Source: the human T2T-CHM13v2.0 reference genome, Homo sapiens. From it: a stretch of 64,000 nucleotides of DNA. A program made the position numbers and the translations under genes. Below, in pieces: positions 1 to 14,815 of this stretch. A model generated the notes under the pieces. The model made no database searches. It worked only from the letters and a program-made list of their open reading frames with translations, and was not told the origin of the DNA. The first letter of the stretch is position 1. Each line of letters begins with the position of its first letter. The stretch lies in the NCBI RefSeq assembly GCF_009914755.1, contig NC_060945.1, one strand, 5' to 3'.

Positions 1-1006
1 AAAAATTAAAAATTAAAAAAGAACATGCTTAAAACAGCCTTTAAACTAGTAGCCATATATAAATGTTAGCTGTTACTTCTTCTTTAGGCTTTGGACAAGG
101 AACGTATCTTTTCTGTGTACCAGTCTATTTCCAGTGCCAAACTATAGTGCCAAGCAAATAGTGAGTGCTCAATGAAGATTTGCAAGCGACTTAATAGCAA
201 TTGAAGGAACACAGAGGGATTGACTTTGCCTTGCCTTCTTGACCTGTTTTATGTTTTTGTTTCCCTTAAACTTTATAATTTAGGGATTAGGAGCAGCTGG
301 TTGCTTATGTTCATAACTCAAAACACAAAAAGAGCTCAGCGGGTCTAACAGGGAGCGCAGCAATGTCTTTCACTGCTTAGACGGTGAACGGCTAAAGTTT
401 ATTTCCACGTTAACTGTTTTCATTGATGAAAACTGGTTAGAACATTATTTTTGGAGTGTTAGATACTGAAAAGATTGACTGTAAATCCATAATTTTCACA
501 GCTGTGTTCTCCAAAATTTTCTTTACTCCTACAAGTGAAGAATGAAAATTACAGAAATATATCTATGTGTGCATAGGAAGTCGTTTGCTTTTGGGAATTC
601 TCCAGTTGGTAATTCAGTTAATTTGCTACAGTAACTTACGATCTCCTTCTCAGAGTTAACTTCCTGATCCTCTTGAATTGCAGGTGTATTTGTCAGGTGT
701 GGACAGGCAGGTCTGCGGTTGGGCTTGCGTCTTCCTCAACAGTTCTACTTCTGCCAACTGGGTTATAAAAAGCTCTGCTGCAATCTGGTGGTTTAACTTG
801 AGGTATAGTTTCCCCGAGAGACGACGTTAGGCCTTAGGTTTCATAACCAGACCAAGCAATTCAATTAATCTTACTATCCATGAAGGGTAATTGGATGTAA
901 ATAGCACTAGAGAATCCAGCCATCGTTTATGACGATCATTGTAGGGGCTGTTTTTAGGCTGTCAATTTAGTGAGCTAGAAATACATCTTTCTTAAAAGTG
1001 AAATTA

Positions 1007-1410
<404 letters not shown>

Positions 1411-2018
1411 CTAAGTAGGAGATGACTCCTCTGGACAAAGGATGAGAATGAAGAGTCAGGGGGAAGCAGGAAGCCCTGGAAAACAAGAACCATCTGCTGG
1501 GTAACCTCTGAGCTTAGTCTGCCTTTTTTGAAGTTCCCAGGGCTTGATTTATGGCACACCATGAACTCTGTTGTTACAATTCTTTATTTCCAATTACAGC
1601 ATGATCTTCTTATTGAATGATGAGTTCCTAGAAGATTGATCCTTGATATACCCTTTATCATCACTGTTTAATCACAACGCCTGCCACATAGTAGGGGCTA
1701 CATAATTGTTGAAATGAAATCCCTCCAGTTTCTAACCTTTCCTAACCTGTTCAGGAGAATTATATAACTTGATAGGTTCTTCACTACCTTTCCTGTCGCT
1801 CAAGGAAGAACTCAGCTTTCTTGATATATCTTGTGAATTTCATTCCAAAAAAGTGAAATAAAAATAGGGCATCTATTTCTACCCAGACCCTGTAGAGAAC
1901 GACAACAGGCCATGTATCTGATAGGTGTGTTGGCCATGTGTCGGTGTGCTAGCCTGTGTGAACCTTGGTCCCTGTAAGGAGAGGGTATCCCCACTAAGTG
2001 AGTCCCCGTCCGTGGTAA

Positions 2019-2449
<431 letters not shown>

Positions 2450-3314
2450 GAATCTTTTCAGCCTGTTCCAACTCTTACCTCTTTATTTGAGTTACCATGA
2501 CTAGGACTCAATTGCTGGAGATAAAAAAAATCTTGACCAAGACAATACAGGTAGTTCTTTAAGGACCAAAAAAACCCCATCTTCTACATTTAAGAGGAAA
2601 ACCAATCTCACAGGTCTTTACAGGAACAGAGAAGGACAGCAGGGTTAGAGATCTGTACATACATTGATCAAGTCAGGTGTGGTTATGTGCTGGACCTCAG
2701 TTGGAAGAGAGCGAATTATCTAGAAACTCAGTGAGGAGGAAAGAGAGCAGGGATAACTACTGATAGTAGAGCATGTATGTCCTTGATCGTCGAGAAGGTG
2801 AAGGCAGAATTCATTTATAAGTAAAGAAGATTCATGGTATAGAGACCAGATATGTTAGGGGATGATGGCCTTTTATTTTATTCCTGGTAGACTCACTTGA
2901 GGAATAAACGTGGAGCACCAGTGGCTTGTGCTTAAATATGTCTTCTGTATATTTTGCTCAGTAGAGGCTTAATTGGGATAATTTCTACTTCTAATGTATA
3001 AAAAAGCCAGTGGTTAGCACAATTTCCAGAAATATTCACAATGTGTTCCATAGGAATGATTTCCCCCTAGTCTCATTTTTGAGACTAGAACCCTCTGGAA
3101 TTACACAATATGGGAATCTTGTGTGTAAAAAGTGTAGAAGAATTAAGCTTACTGGTAATATACATCTTGATGTCAATCATTTGATTCATTTTCTTACTTT
3201 AATGATATTAACCTGTGAGATGGATTTTTGATTGATGGACCAGGGTAGTGGCTTTCAGAGAGAATGCCAAGAACACCAGTGTCTTGCTCCGTCTTAACTC
3301 CCAATTAAAAAAAA

Positions 3315-3498
3315 AAACTTTTAAAATAAACTTTTTATTTTAGAATGGGTAGAGATTTTCAGAATAGCTGTGAAGATAGTACGGAGTTTCCATATACTCC
3401 ACACCCAGCTTCCTCTGTTATTAGCATCTTATATTAATATGGTACATTTGCCATAATTAATGAACCAATGTTAATATTATTAACTAAAGTCAATACTT
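3315..3498 (-). mobile_element. Old L1 (L1MC-type) 3' fragment
   Basis: Resembles the L1M 3'UTR consensus (ataaactttttattttaga...catatactccacacccagcttcc). Confidence 0.6.
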
Positions 3499-3668
3499 TC
3501 TCTTTTCTTTCTCTTTCTTCCTTCCTTCTTTCCTTCCTTCCTCTTTTATTTCCTTCCTTCCTTCCTTTCCTTCCTTCCTTCCTTCCTTCCTTCCTTCCTT
3601 CCTTCCTTCCTTCCTTCCCTGCTTCCTTTCCCCCCTCCTTCCCTCCCTCCCTTCCTCCCTTCCTTCTT
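3499..3668. repeat. (TTCC)n/(GGAA)n microsatellite derived from Alu tail
   Basis: 13 uninterrupted TTCC units at 3567-3618 within a ~170-bp pyrimidine tract. Confidence 0.97.
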
Positions 3669-4009
<341 letters not shown>

Positions 4010-4084
4010 TGACTGCAAGGGCTACCATATGTTTATTGTAATACTCAATGGTTTCCTCTATGTATTGAAGCTACTCTATTCTGA

Positions 4085-4290
4085 ATATGGTTCTTAAGCC
4101 TTCCTAACCGTAAAAATCACATTGGAGCTTTAAAAATGCATGTTGCTAGGTTCCCCCACTGAAGATCCTGATTTATTTGGGCAAGGGAGTCGCTGGGCAA
4201 GAACCTACCTTTTTTTTTTTTTAAAAAAACAAACACAGGTGATGCTAATACAATAGTCTCTAGACTACATATATTTTGAGAAAATAGACC
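4085..4290. mobile_element. MER5-type hAT fragment
   Basis: ggttcttaa...aatcac...ggtgatgctaat...tttgagaaa pattern. Confidence 0.45.
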
Positions 4291-5862
4291 TAAACTATAA
4301 AGGGAAATTAAGAAATCCTTAGTACCACTTAGAAGTTGCCATATCTATTTCTGTGATGCTAAAGGAAAATTTTACTGTAAGTTGTTTTTTTTGGCATCAC
4401 CCCAGAGCATAACACACAATTAGTATCTAACTCAATCATTTCTCTTCTTAAAAGCACTTTGCTGTCCCTCTTGGATGGGCAGGGCCACTTTCCAATGTGC
4501 TGCAATAGCATTTTGTTAAAACCAACATCTCATGTTAACACAACTATTTGTGGGCTTACACAACAAGAATAGATGGAGAAATATATCCCGGGAAGGAAAA
4601 TATTATTATTAAAGAAAAACCTCAACTGACTAGCCACATTTTTATCCTGTAGGGATAGCAGAATTCACATCATGGAAATTTTTATGTTTTCCTTTAGAAA
4701 AACTACTTACGGAGCCCTTTGGTTATAAAACAAAAAGGCCCGGACCCATCTAGATTAGAGAAGAAGAAAGGGAGCTAAACTGATCTTCATGATGAACTTC
4801 AACGGAGTCATTCCTGAGGATGGAGGGAATGATCTATGCTGGAAAGGGCTATGTGAGTTTTCTTTAACCAGGCTCCAGAAGGAATAGGTTTCCAATCCCT
4901 GGAACTTAGAGAAGCCAGTGCAGAAATGGGCTGAAGCAACGTGATGAAAGAGTGAGATGCTACAGAAGAGACAACCAGGGAGAGGTTCCCTGGGGCAGAG
5001 AATGGTGGATGAGATTTAGGATCAGTGTTGCCAGATTCTGTCTGTTGCAGATTATTGCCTTTTTATCCTAGTCCTTTGTATACAATAGCCTTGTGTTAGT
5101 GGGTCATGTTTTAAAGCACAAGAACAAGGCAGATTGGACAGACCTAAAGCAGTATAAGGAGGTAGAGTCAGATGGCCCAAAATGATGAAAGAGAGGATTG
5201 GAGTAGGAGTCGGGTCTGGGACTCCTCAGAATTATAGGTGAGTGTGCTGGATATCCTCATTCATATGCATGGCACTTCGAGTTATTTGATCTGGACTCAT
5301 AATGGCAGACAGACTTAAGGACTCAGGGTTATATTAACAAGAAATACCCTAAAGATTCTTTTGTCTTCCTGCAGATCTGAAAGATGAATATTGATAGAAA
5401 CTTTTGTAACAAAGGCATATCTCTCCTACCATTTTTCCTCTGATTATGTTGTTCTAGTTGTCTGTGATTCTTATTGTCAGCACAGTGCTGAATTTTCAAA
5501 TAGACTCTTGCTTATGAAGCTGGCAGTATTTCATTATTTATGACTTTGTTCAACTTCATCTAGTCTAAACACAAAGTAGATAGAAGTTGTGTTTTTCTAT
5601 TGCTGACAGCAAAATTCTCTTGCGTGAACATATTTCTTTACACAGACAAAAGATGTTGAGCAAGGCATGATAGTTTTTGCACAGTACAGCTGAGGAGGAT
5701 GGATGGAATGACTGCTGCAATATAAGAAACTAAGAAAAAATTCAGGGCAAAAGATCCCAATCTATATAAGCTAGTAAAACTGGGATATAAACATGAAAAT
5801 TAAAGAGATACATTTTCCTGTAGCCTTTGTGCCATAAATTATATGAAAAGGGTGACCAATAG

Positions 5863-6222
<360 letters not shown>

Positions 6223-6827
6223 CCTTAGCAATTTTAAGGTAACATATTAATAGGTTATTGGGATTAGGACATATACACCACAGATTGACTATAGATTTCA
6301 TGTTCCAATTCATTCATTTTTTTCACCAGAGCCACTGAGGAAATTTTTAATATAAGTCATGAAAAACGATGGGGCAAAATTGGAATTGCATGATTCCTTG
6401 CTTCCAGTAAAAAAAAAAAAAAAAGGTTAAGGATTAAGTAAAGGACTAATTTAAATTGGGCTCCCTACTCCAACCAATTATTCAGATTGTCTCATTTGAT
6501 AGCCTCAGGGTGCTGCTGATACTGAATAATTTGATCCTTGTCTGGAATCTTTTCCTTGACTTCATTATTATACTTGTTCTTATCTACCTCAGGTTGAAAT
6601 ATATGTGATGGTCATGGCAGGTTTCTTGATAAAAGAATTTGGCTTGTTTTTTCAACCCATCACTAGAAGGTACCTTTTGGAGCTATCAGGTCATGGGGAA
6701 GGCTGTTCTGGTAAGACCTGTCCAGACTTAGAAAACCATGACAATTAGCACCCTTAGAAGAGGAAAATTTGGCTTAGAGGCAGGTAACAGAGACTCTCTT
6801 TAGAGAAAGAAAGGGTTATTAAATAAT

Positions 6828-7140
6828 CTAGTGCAACACAATCTAATAGAAGTACAAAATAAGCCACATACATAATTTAATTTATCTAAAAGCCACATGA
6901 AACACAGTTTAAAAAGCAGATGAAATAAATGTTTATAGTATATCCAAAGTATCATCATTTCAACATGTAATCAACATAACAAATTATTGTTAAGACACGT
7001 TTTAAGTTCTTTTTCTATACACTATGATTTAGGATCTGGTGCATACTTCATATGTACAGCACACCTCAATTCAGTCTAGCCACATTTCACTTGTGCTACA
7101 GCCACAAGTGGCTGCTAGCATCTACTACATTGGTTAGAGC
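6828..7140. mobile_element. MER33 (hAT-Charlie)
   Basis: agccacata...atcatttcaacatgtaatcaa...ctagccacatttca...agccacaagtggct matches the recalled MER33 consensus. Confidence 0.75.
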
Positions 7141-7269
7141 CTAGTAGAAGCTTATTGTACTTAATGGACATCTTTAGATAACCTTGTTTATTGAGTCCTT
7201 CACAGCATTCTCTACTCTTATCCACATCAGTTCTAAAGCTTGACGCCCCTTAGATGAGATAGTGGCCAC

Positions 7270-7590
7270 AACTGTCTGCCTCAACACCAATGTACTACTT
7301 CCTTTTCTCTTGGCAATATCCACTAGAGAAGCAAGAAAAAGTAGCACTCACCTCCCCATTCTTCTTTGCAGCTAGGGGTGGCCATGTGACACAATTGTGG
7401 TCAATGAGTGGTCAGCAAAATTATGATCAAGGGTTTCTGGTAGCTGGTGCCTCCCCTTCCTTCTTCTGGGTGTTCTGAATGTGAGGCCTGGAACTGTAGA
7501 ATCCCGAATAATCTCAAAGACACATGGGCTGACACCATGAAATAATTGAACCAACGCTAACATTCACCAACCTCCACATTTCTTTCTACA
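7270..7590. mobile_element. ERVL LTR (LTR16-like) fragment
   Basis: ttgcagctaggggtggccatgtgacaca motif. Confidence 0.5.
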
Positions 7591-7596
7591 AAAATC

Positions 7597-7860
7597 ACTG
7601 GGCACAGTGGCCCACACCTGTAATCCCAGCACTTAAGGGAGGCAAGCCAGGAGTTCAAGATGAGCTTGGGCAACAAATTGAGACCCTGTTGCTAAAATAA
7701 ATAAATAAATAAATAAATAAAGTTAGCTGGGCATGGTGGTGTGAGCCTATAGAGTAGGCTACTTGGGAGGATCACCTGAGCCCAGGATTTCAAGCCTGTG
7801 ATAGTGCCACTGCACTCCAGCCTGGGTGACAGAGCAAGACCTTAACTTTAAAATAATAAT
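7597..7860 (+). mobile_element. AluJ (internally deleted, (TAAA)n linker)
   Basis: Alu arms recognisable. Confidence 0.85.
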
Positions 7861-7861
7861 A

Positions 7862-8186
<325 letters not shown>

Positions 8187-8505
8187 TTAATTATTTAAGC
8201 CATTGTTCGTGGATTTCTCTTTGACTTGCATTTTATTTCACCTCTAAGTGATGCAAAACTTTCTGGAGCCTGCTCTGAACAGACTACACTCCTCGTTTGC
8301 CCTCTGGCTTCCTGCTAGCTCTGACAATGGGGCACTACAGGGAGACAAGAAAGTAGGAGGAAGGAGAAAAGACTCCCATTTTCCTTTTTTGTTCCAATCA
8401 GGGTTGTCCTGAAATACCTAGGGGGATTTCTAATTCCTTACTGGACTCTGACTGATACATCCCCTGCGGCCTCTTCTCTACATGGAATTTAGAAAGATAG
8501 TTTTA

Positions 8506-8812
8506 GGCTAGGCGCAGTGGCTCACGCCTGTAATCCCAACACGTTGGGAGGCCGAGGCAGGTGGATCACCTGAGGTCAGGTGTTCGAGACCAGCCTAGCC
8601 AACAGGTGAAACCCCGTTTTTACTAAAAATACAAAAATTAGCCGAGTATGGTGGCATGCGCCTGTAGTCCTAGCTACTTAGGAGGCTGAGGCAGAACTGC
8701 TTGAGCCCAGGAGGCAGAGGTTGCAGTGAGACGAGACTGCATTACTGCACTTCAGCCTGGATGACAGAGTGAGACTCCATCTCAAAAAAAAAAAAAAAAA
8801 AAAAAAAACAAA
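8506..8812 (+). mobile_element. AluS
   Basis: TSD aaagatagtttta on both sides. Confidence 0.95.
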
Positions 8813-8948
8813 AGATAGTTTTAAAGCATAATTCAGTTCATATATACAGTGGCTTCTGATATCAATAAAAATGAAACCCAAAGTTTCTTCTACAGCCAGT
8901 GAGATGTTATTTCTTTGATCCTTTCTCCTACCTCTGCTCTGACACAAC

Positions 8949-9583
8949 TGTCAGAGGCATTTGAACTAGAGTGACTCCATCCGGAACAGGGGCTGGGTAA
9001 AATAAGGATGAGGACTGCTGGGCTGTATTTCCAGGAAGCTAGGCAGTCTTAGTCACAGGATGAGACAGTAGGTCGGTACAAGATATAGGTCACAAAACCA
9101 CCTCCTGATAAAGCAATGTGGTAAAGAAGTGGGCCAAAACCCACCAAAACCAACATGGTGATGACAGAGACCTGTGGGCATCCTCACTGTTCATTAGACA
9201 CTAATTGTAGTACATTAAAATGCTAAAAGACACTCCCACCAGTACCAGTTTTACCAGTACAGTTTACAAATGTCATGGAAAGGTCCAGAAGTTACCCTAT
9301 ATGGTCTAAAAAGGAAAGCAACCCTCAGTTTTGGGAACTCCTCAACCCTTTCCTGGAAATCTCATGAATAATCCACTCACTGTTTAGCATATGATTAAAA
9401 ATAACCATAAAAATAGCCAACCAATATTCCTTGGGGCTGCTCTGCATATACAGTAGCCATTCTTTTATTTCTTCACTTCTCTAATAAACACTCACTTTTC
9501 TCTGTGGACTCACCATTAATTTTCTTGCACAAGATCCAAGAACTCTCTCTTGGGGTCTGAATTGGGACTCCTTTCTGGTAACA
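8949..9583 (+). mobile_element. MER41B-like solo LTR (ERV1)
   Basis: TGTCAGAGGCATTTGAAC...TTCTGGTAACA termini, 4-bp TSD caac/caat, retains the GAS-bearing segment. Confidence 0.88.
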
Positions 9584-9837
9584 CAATCACCCAGAGTTCC
9601 TTCCTCTTCCAAATCAAACCAACCCAACATACTGTCACCCTAGGGACTCTGCCTGTAATAGTCCTTCCGGATGGATCCTCACTTTGCTCCAACCCTCCGT
9701 TGGTTCAGCCCTCTGCTCAAATACCACCTCATTAGCAAGGGCTTCCCTCACCACCCCTATAAAACACAGTTCCCTGTCCCTCTCAATCCACTCACCTGCT
9801 CCTTGTTTTTCCCTAGTAGTTTCCCCACATGATGTTT

Positions 9838-10544
9838 TGAAACTGCCATTGCAAAATTATAACCGAGAAAATTATTACAGTGAAAGAGAGCTGACCTAAC
9901 CAACTTTGTCTTGCTTCTAAACTCCTAGCTGTCGTTGTTCACTCATGGGTGTAGGCCAAATTAACTTTGGGAGGAACTTAGTTTATAGTTTAACTTTGAA
10001 ACAAAGATGATAACAGCCCTTTCCCAAAACAATCCCCTTTCCTTCCTGGGGACTAGACTGCTTTTGCAGGACTAACAAAATTGGCCAAATGATGAGAAAT
10101 TATGGTTTAGGAGTCATGCAGTTGGAGGTTACAAGATTCTGACCCTCCCCAAATTGCTCCTGGGGATAACATCACTATTGTAAAACCTAAGATCAGTGCT
10201 TGAGATATTTTGCAAACCCTGCACTTGATGGATCAATATACTGGCTCATCTGGTCTTGTGGCCCCACCTAGGAACTGACTCAGCGCAAGAGGACAGCTTC
10301 AACTCCCTATTATTTCATCTCTGACCCAAGCAATCAGCACTCTCAACTCACTGGCTCCTACCTACCAAATTATCCTTAAAAACTCCAATCCCCAACGAAT
10401 TTTTGGGGAGACTGATTTGAGTAATAATAAAACTCCCACACAGCCAGCTCTGCATGAATGACTCTTTCTCTTTTGCAATTCCCCTGCCTTGATAAATTGG
10501 CTCTGTCTAGGCAGCGGGCAAGGTGAACCCACTGGTCAGTTACA
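9838..10544 (+). mobile_element. LTR8 solo LTR
   Basis: TGAAACTGCCATTGCAAAATTAT...GGTCAGTTACA, TSD gttt/gttt. Confidence 0.88.
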
Positions 10545-10945
10545 GTTTTACATGCTTGTTTACCCATATATTATTCATCTCTCCCAACTAGAATAAAACT
10601 CCAAAAGGGTAGGAACTTTGACTATTGCATTCATTGCCTTATCCCCATTGCCTGGAACAGTTTCTGAGACAGGACTCATGGGAAAAGGATCAGTAGGAAA
10701 TGGAAAGAGATGGTATCAGTTTCAAGTATGATGATTTTCGAGTTGCCCCTTGAATATTCCTGTGGACATACCCAGTTGACAGAGACACTTGAGTCTGGAG
10801 CTAATGGAAGACATATAGTTAGTTGAATTAGATTTGATTAAAGCTATAGGTTTAGATGAGAACATCCAGGAATGGTTCATAGAAAGAGAGGAGAGTCATG
10901 ATAAAATTGCACAAGACATAATATCAAAGAGAGAGATTGATACAA

Positions 10946-11855
10946 TGATAGAGGTAGGAGGCAGAGAAATTCCAGGCAGACAGGGACGGGTCCCTGACAA
11001 AACTCCACCTTCAAGCCGAAAAGCCTGAAACCCATGGCCCAAAGTGAGAACTTCTATCCATTTTCCTGCTTAAATGTTGCCTTTTCCTAAACTACCCATG
11101 ACCCACCCCACCCCCCATCCTGTGCCTATAAAGACCCCAGACTCAGTCAGAGAGAAGTGACTTGACTTCAGAGGGATGGCTTGATGGCTTGACTTCAGAG
11201 AAGACTGGCCAGAGATGGCTGGACTTAAGGGGAAGATTACTTGCCCATCCCATCCCCTTTCCAGGTCCCCTTCCCCTGAGAGCCATTTTCACTGTTCAAT
11301 AAAATCCTCTGCATTCACCATCATTCAACTCGTTCACACAACCTCATTTTTCCTGGAAGCCAGACAAGACCTTGAGAGCTATGAGTGCAGACAACCAAAA
11401 AAGGGCTGTCACACTGGCCCTTTGCCGTTGGTGGTGGAGGGCAGCCGCCTCATGTGATGAGGCAAAGGGCCCACTGAACTGTTAACACTTAAGCCGAACG
11501 TGGCTGGCAGAGCTGAAATAGCACTGTAACATGTCCTCTTGGGCTTCAGGGGTCTTAGGTAGCCCCACTTGGATGCTGCCATGGGGCCTGCATAGAGTTT
11601 GCTCCTGCTGGCACCCAAAAGCAGCTGGCCAGATCCCGTATTTGCTTGCCTACTTGCTTCCTCCCACAAGGGGTTGAGTGTGGCAAGCTGAGTAAATGGA
11701 GTTTATTTCTGCCAGCACTCAAAAGTGCTCCCTCTGGTTCCTGCACTTGTTCACTCATATTTTGCCTCCTGTGAGAGGTAGAAAGGGGTGGGCTGAGTAA
11801 ACAACGCACCCCTGTCTTGAATTCCACAAAGGAGTCAAGAAAATATCCTGCTTCA
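10946..11855 (+). mobile_element. LTR1/LTR28-type ERV1 solo LTR
   Basis: TGATAGAGGTAGGAGGCAGAGAAATT...TCCTGCTTCA, with internal TATAAA and AATAAA. Subfamily uncertain. Confidence 0.75.
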
Positions 11856-12024
11856 ATACCAGGGGGGCTATGCAGCGATGTTATGAATGACCATCAGATT
11901 AGAGAGAAGTGGTGCTGCAGAAGTCCCGAGAGGAGAAATTGTCCAGGGGAAGGTGACTCAATGCCACAGAGAAGACAGGTGAGATCAGGACTAAACTTGC
12001 CCTTTTGGTTTGGTAAGCAGGGAA

Positions 12025-12865
12025 TGTAAGCCAAAAATAAAATTCTAAGCCCTTCCAGCTGAGTGACGGACCCCTCCCTGCCCCCCATCTCTGCCAAGGG
12101 CATTCCAAAGAATTATGAAAAACTAGTACAGGCCGTGATGGGAAGGAAGGGTCTGACACGCCTCATTATACCCTCCTCCCTTTGGAATTCAGGTATGACT
12201 AACCAGCACTAACCTTAAAACAGCAATCTTAGGACTGACAAAATAAACTCCTTGTAGCAATAAGATACCAACATGACAGATAACAGGCCCTGAAAGAAAT
12301 CAAAGTATTTTACCTGAAAACATATTTCTTTGACATATTTTGAAATGGCCCGGCAAAACTGTATCTTAGGGGAAAATCTACATTCTGTAGAGAATCACTT
12401 TCCTTTTCCAGGTCTTTTCCCTCATCCAGGAGATAATTAACTAAGAGTCTGGCACCTTTTTAAGTGTGATAAGAAACATTTACAGTCTATTCTCTGAAAC
12501 CTGCTACCTGGAGGCTTCACCTGCATAATAAGAACCTTGGCCTCCACATCCCCTTGTCTTAACCCGGACACTCCCTTCTGATTCCAGGTCTTTACATACC
12601 ACCTTTACTCTTTCAAACAATTGTCAATCAAAAATCTTTGAATTCACCTATGACCGGAAGCCTCCCTCTTCACCCCTCTACCCCTGCAACATACACCTTA
12701 CATGTATTGACTGATGTCTTACGTCTCCCTAAAATGTATGAAGCCAAGCTGCAGACTGACTCCCTCGGGCACGTATTCTTAGGACCTGGGGCCGTGGTCA
12801 CTCATGTTTGGCTCAGAATAAATCTCTTCAAATATTTTAACAGAGTTTGACTCTTTTCCTCGACA
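12025..12865 (+). mobile_element. MER4-family solo LTR
   Basis: TGTAAGCCAAAAATAAAATTCTAAGCCC...TTTGACTCTTTTCCTCGACA, TSD ggaa/ggaa. Confidence 0.87.
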
Positions 12866-13412
12866 GGAAGCTTTGTCAATGCTGGTGAGGGCCATTGTGT
12901 AATGATGAATTGAGAGTTTTGTGGAAAGCCAGATTACCATGGATTGAAGAGTAAACGAGATGGGAGAGTGTGGGTTTATCTTTTGTAAAGAGTGTCTGAA
13001 AGGAGGAAAGACATTTCCTAACTACAAGACAGATTAGGTCAAAAGCAAATTGTCTTTTTTTTGGTTTGTTTTTTTAAGAGGAAAGATAGTTGGATGTTCC
13101 ACACAGCACTGGAAATGAGTGACTGTTGCTGAGGACACAGGCCAAGGCCGACTTGGAAGGCCTCTGTACTCTATGTGGGCACCATTTCCAGACTCGCTGT
13201 TGTGCAAATCTGGGTTCATAGAGGTGCCTTGCTGAGTCTCTGGTACTGTCTTTTCAGTAAGTCCTCTTTTGAGACATGAATTGAAAGCACCATAGAAACA
13301 ATGGACCCTCCCACTCTGCTCTGAAGCAGGCCTAGCCCCTGACTCCCTACGTTGCTGGGTGGAAGCCAGTCCTCTCTCCAATTTTGCAGATTTGCTATCT
13401 AAAGAATTTGCA

Positions 13413-13773
<361 letters not shown>

Positions 13774-14351
13774 TCACATATTGGAAGAAGATCCTTGGAA
13801 CAGAGGGATTGGTATAGCCCTGAGCTTCCCAAGGTAAACACACAAGCCAAGTCCTAGCAGCACCAGGTTAGGGTAAATAAAAAATTTGAAAGGAGCAAAC
13901 TTGCTTTTGTTTTAAAATATCATAGTTTAATGAGAAATTTGAGCCTTGGTGACTGTCTTAACCCTTTTTTTTGTGAATATTGACGATAGGCCTTGATCCA
14001 TAGTATGCCACGGGTACATGATCCTTTCACAAATCTATGGTGGTGAAAAATGTCTCTTTATAATGTGTTGTGTACTGGTAATCTGAGGCTGGAAGAGTTG
14101 TGGATGTGGTAAAAATCAGTCTTTGTGGTTGGCCCACATTTTTTTTCTTTGGCCTCTGGCAACTGCACCCTGTGTGTGTGGGCATAAGAACAGTATGGAT
14201 CCATCACCTTACTGGCTTGTCAGCAATTACATAAGACAGCTCCACTTTCACTGAGAGTAACAATAATAATTTCTTCTGAGGACTTTTCTGGAAATGAAAA
14301 CACTTTAAGCAAAAAGCAGTGATCTAATTTGGAAGCAATACCTAGCAGAAA

Positions 14352-14815
14352 GTGTATTCGTTTCCTAGGGCTGCCGTAAAAAAAAAAGACCACAAACTGT
14401 GTGGCTTCACACAACAGAAATGTATTCTTTCCCAGTTACAGAGGCCAGAAGTCCAAAATCAAGGTGTTGACAAGGTTGGTTCATTCTGGAGGCTCTGAGG
14501 GAGAATCTCTTCCATGCCTCTCTCCCAGCTCCTGGTGAGTGCCAGCAGTTCTTGGTGCTCCTTGGCTTGCTGATGCCTGACTCCAAATCTCTATCTCCAT
14601 CATGTGGCATTCTGTCTGGATGTCTCTGTGTCCCTGTCTTCACAGGGCCTTCACATGACACCAGTCATTGGAACTAGTGTGCATTCCAATCCAGTACGAC
14701 CTCATCTTAACTTGGTTACATCTGCAAAGACCCTGTTTTCAAATAAATTCACATGTACTTGAACTGGGGGTTAGGGCTTCAACATATCTTTCTGCGGGGA
14801 CACAACTCAATCAAG
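14352..14815 (-). mobile_element. MLT1 (MLT1C-like) MaLR LTR
   Basis: tgtattcgtttcctagggctgcc...ggggacacaactcaa. Confidence 0.8.
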
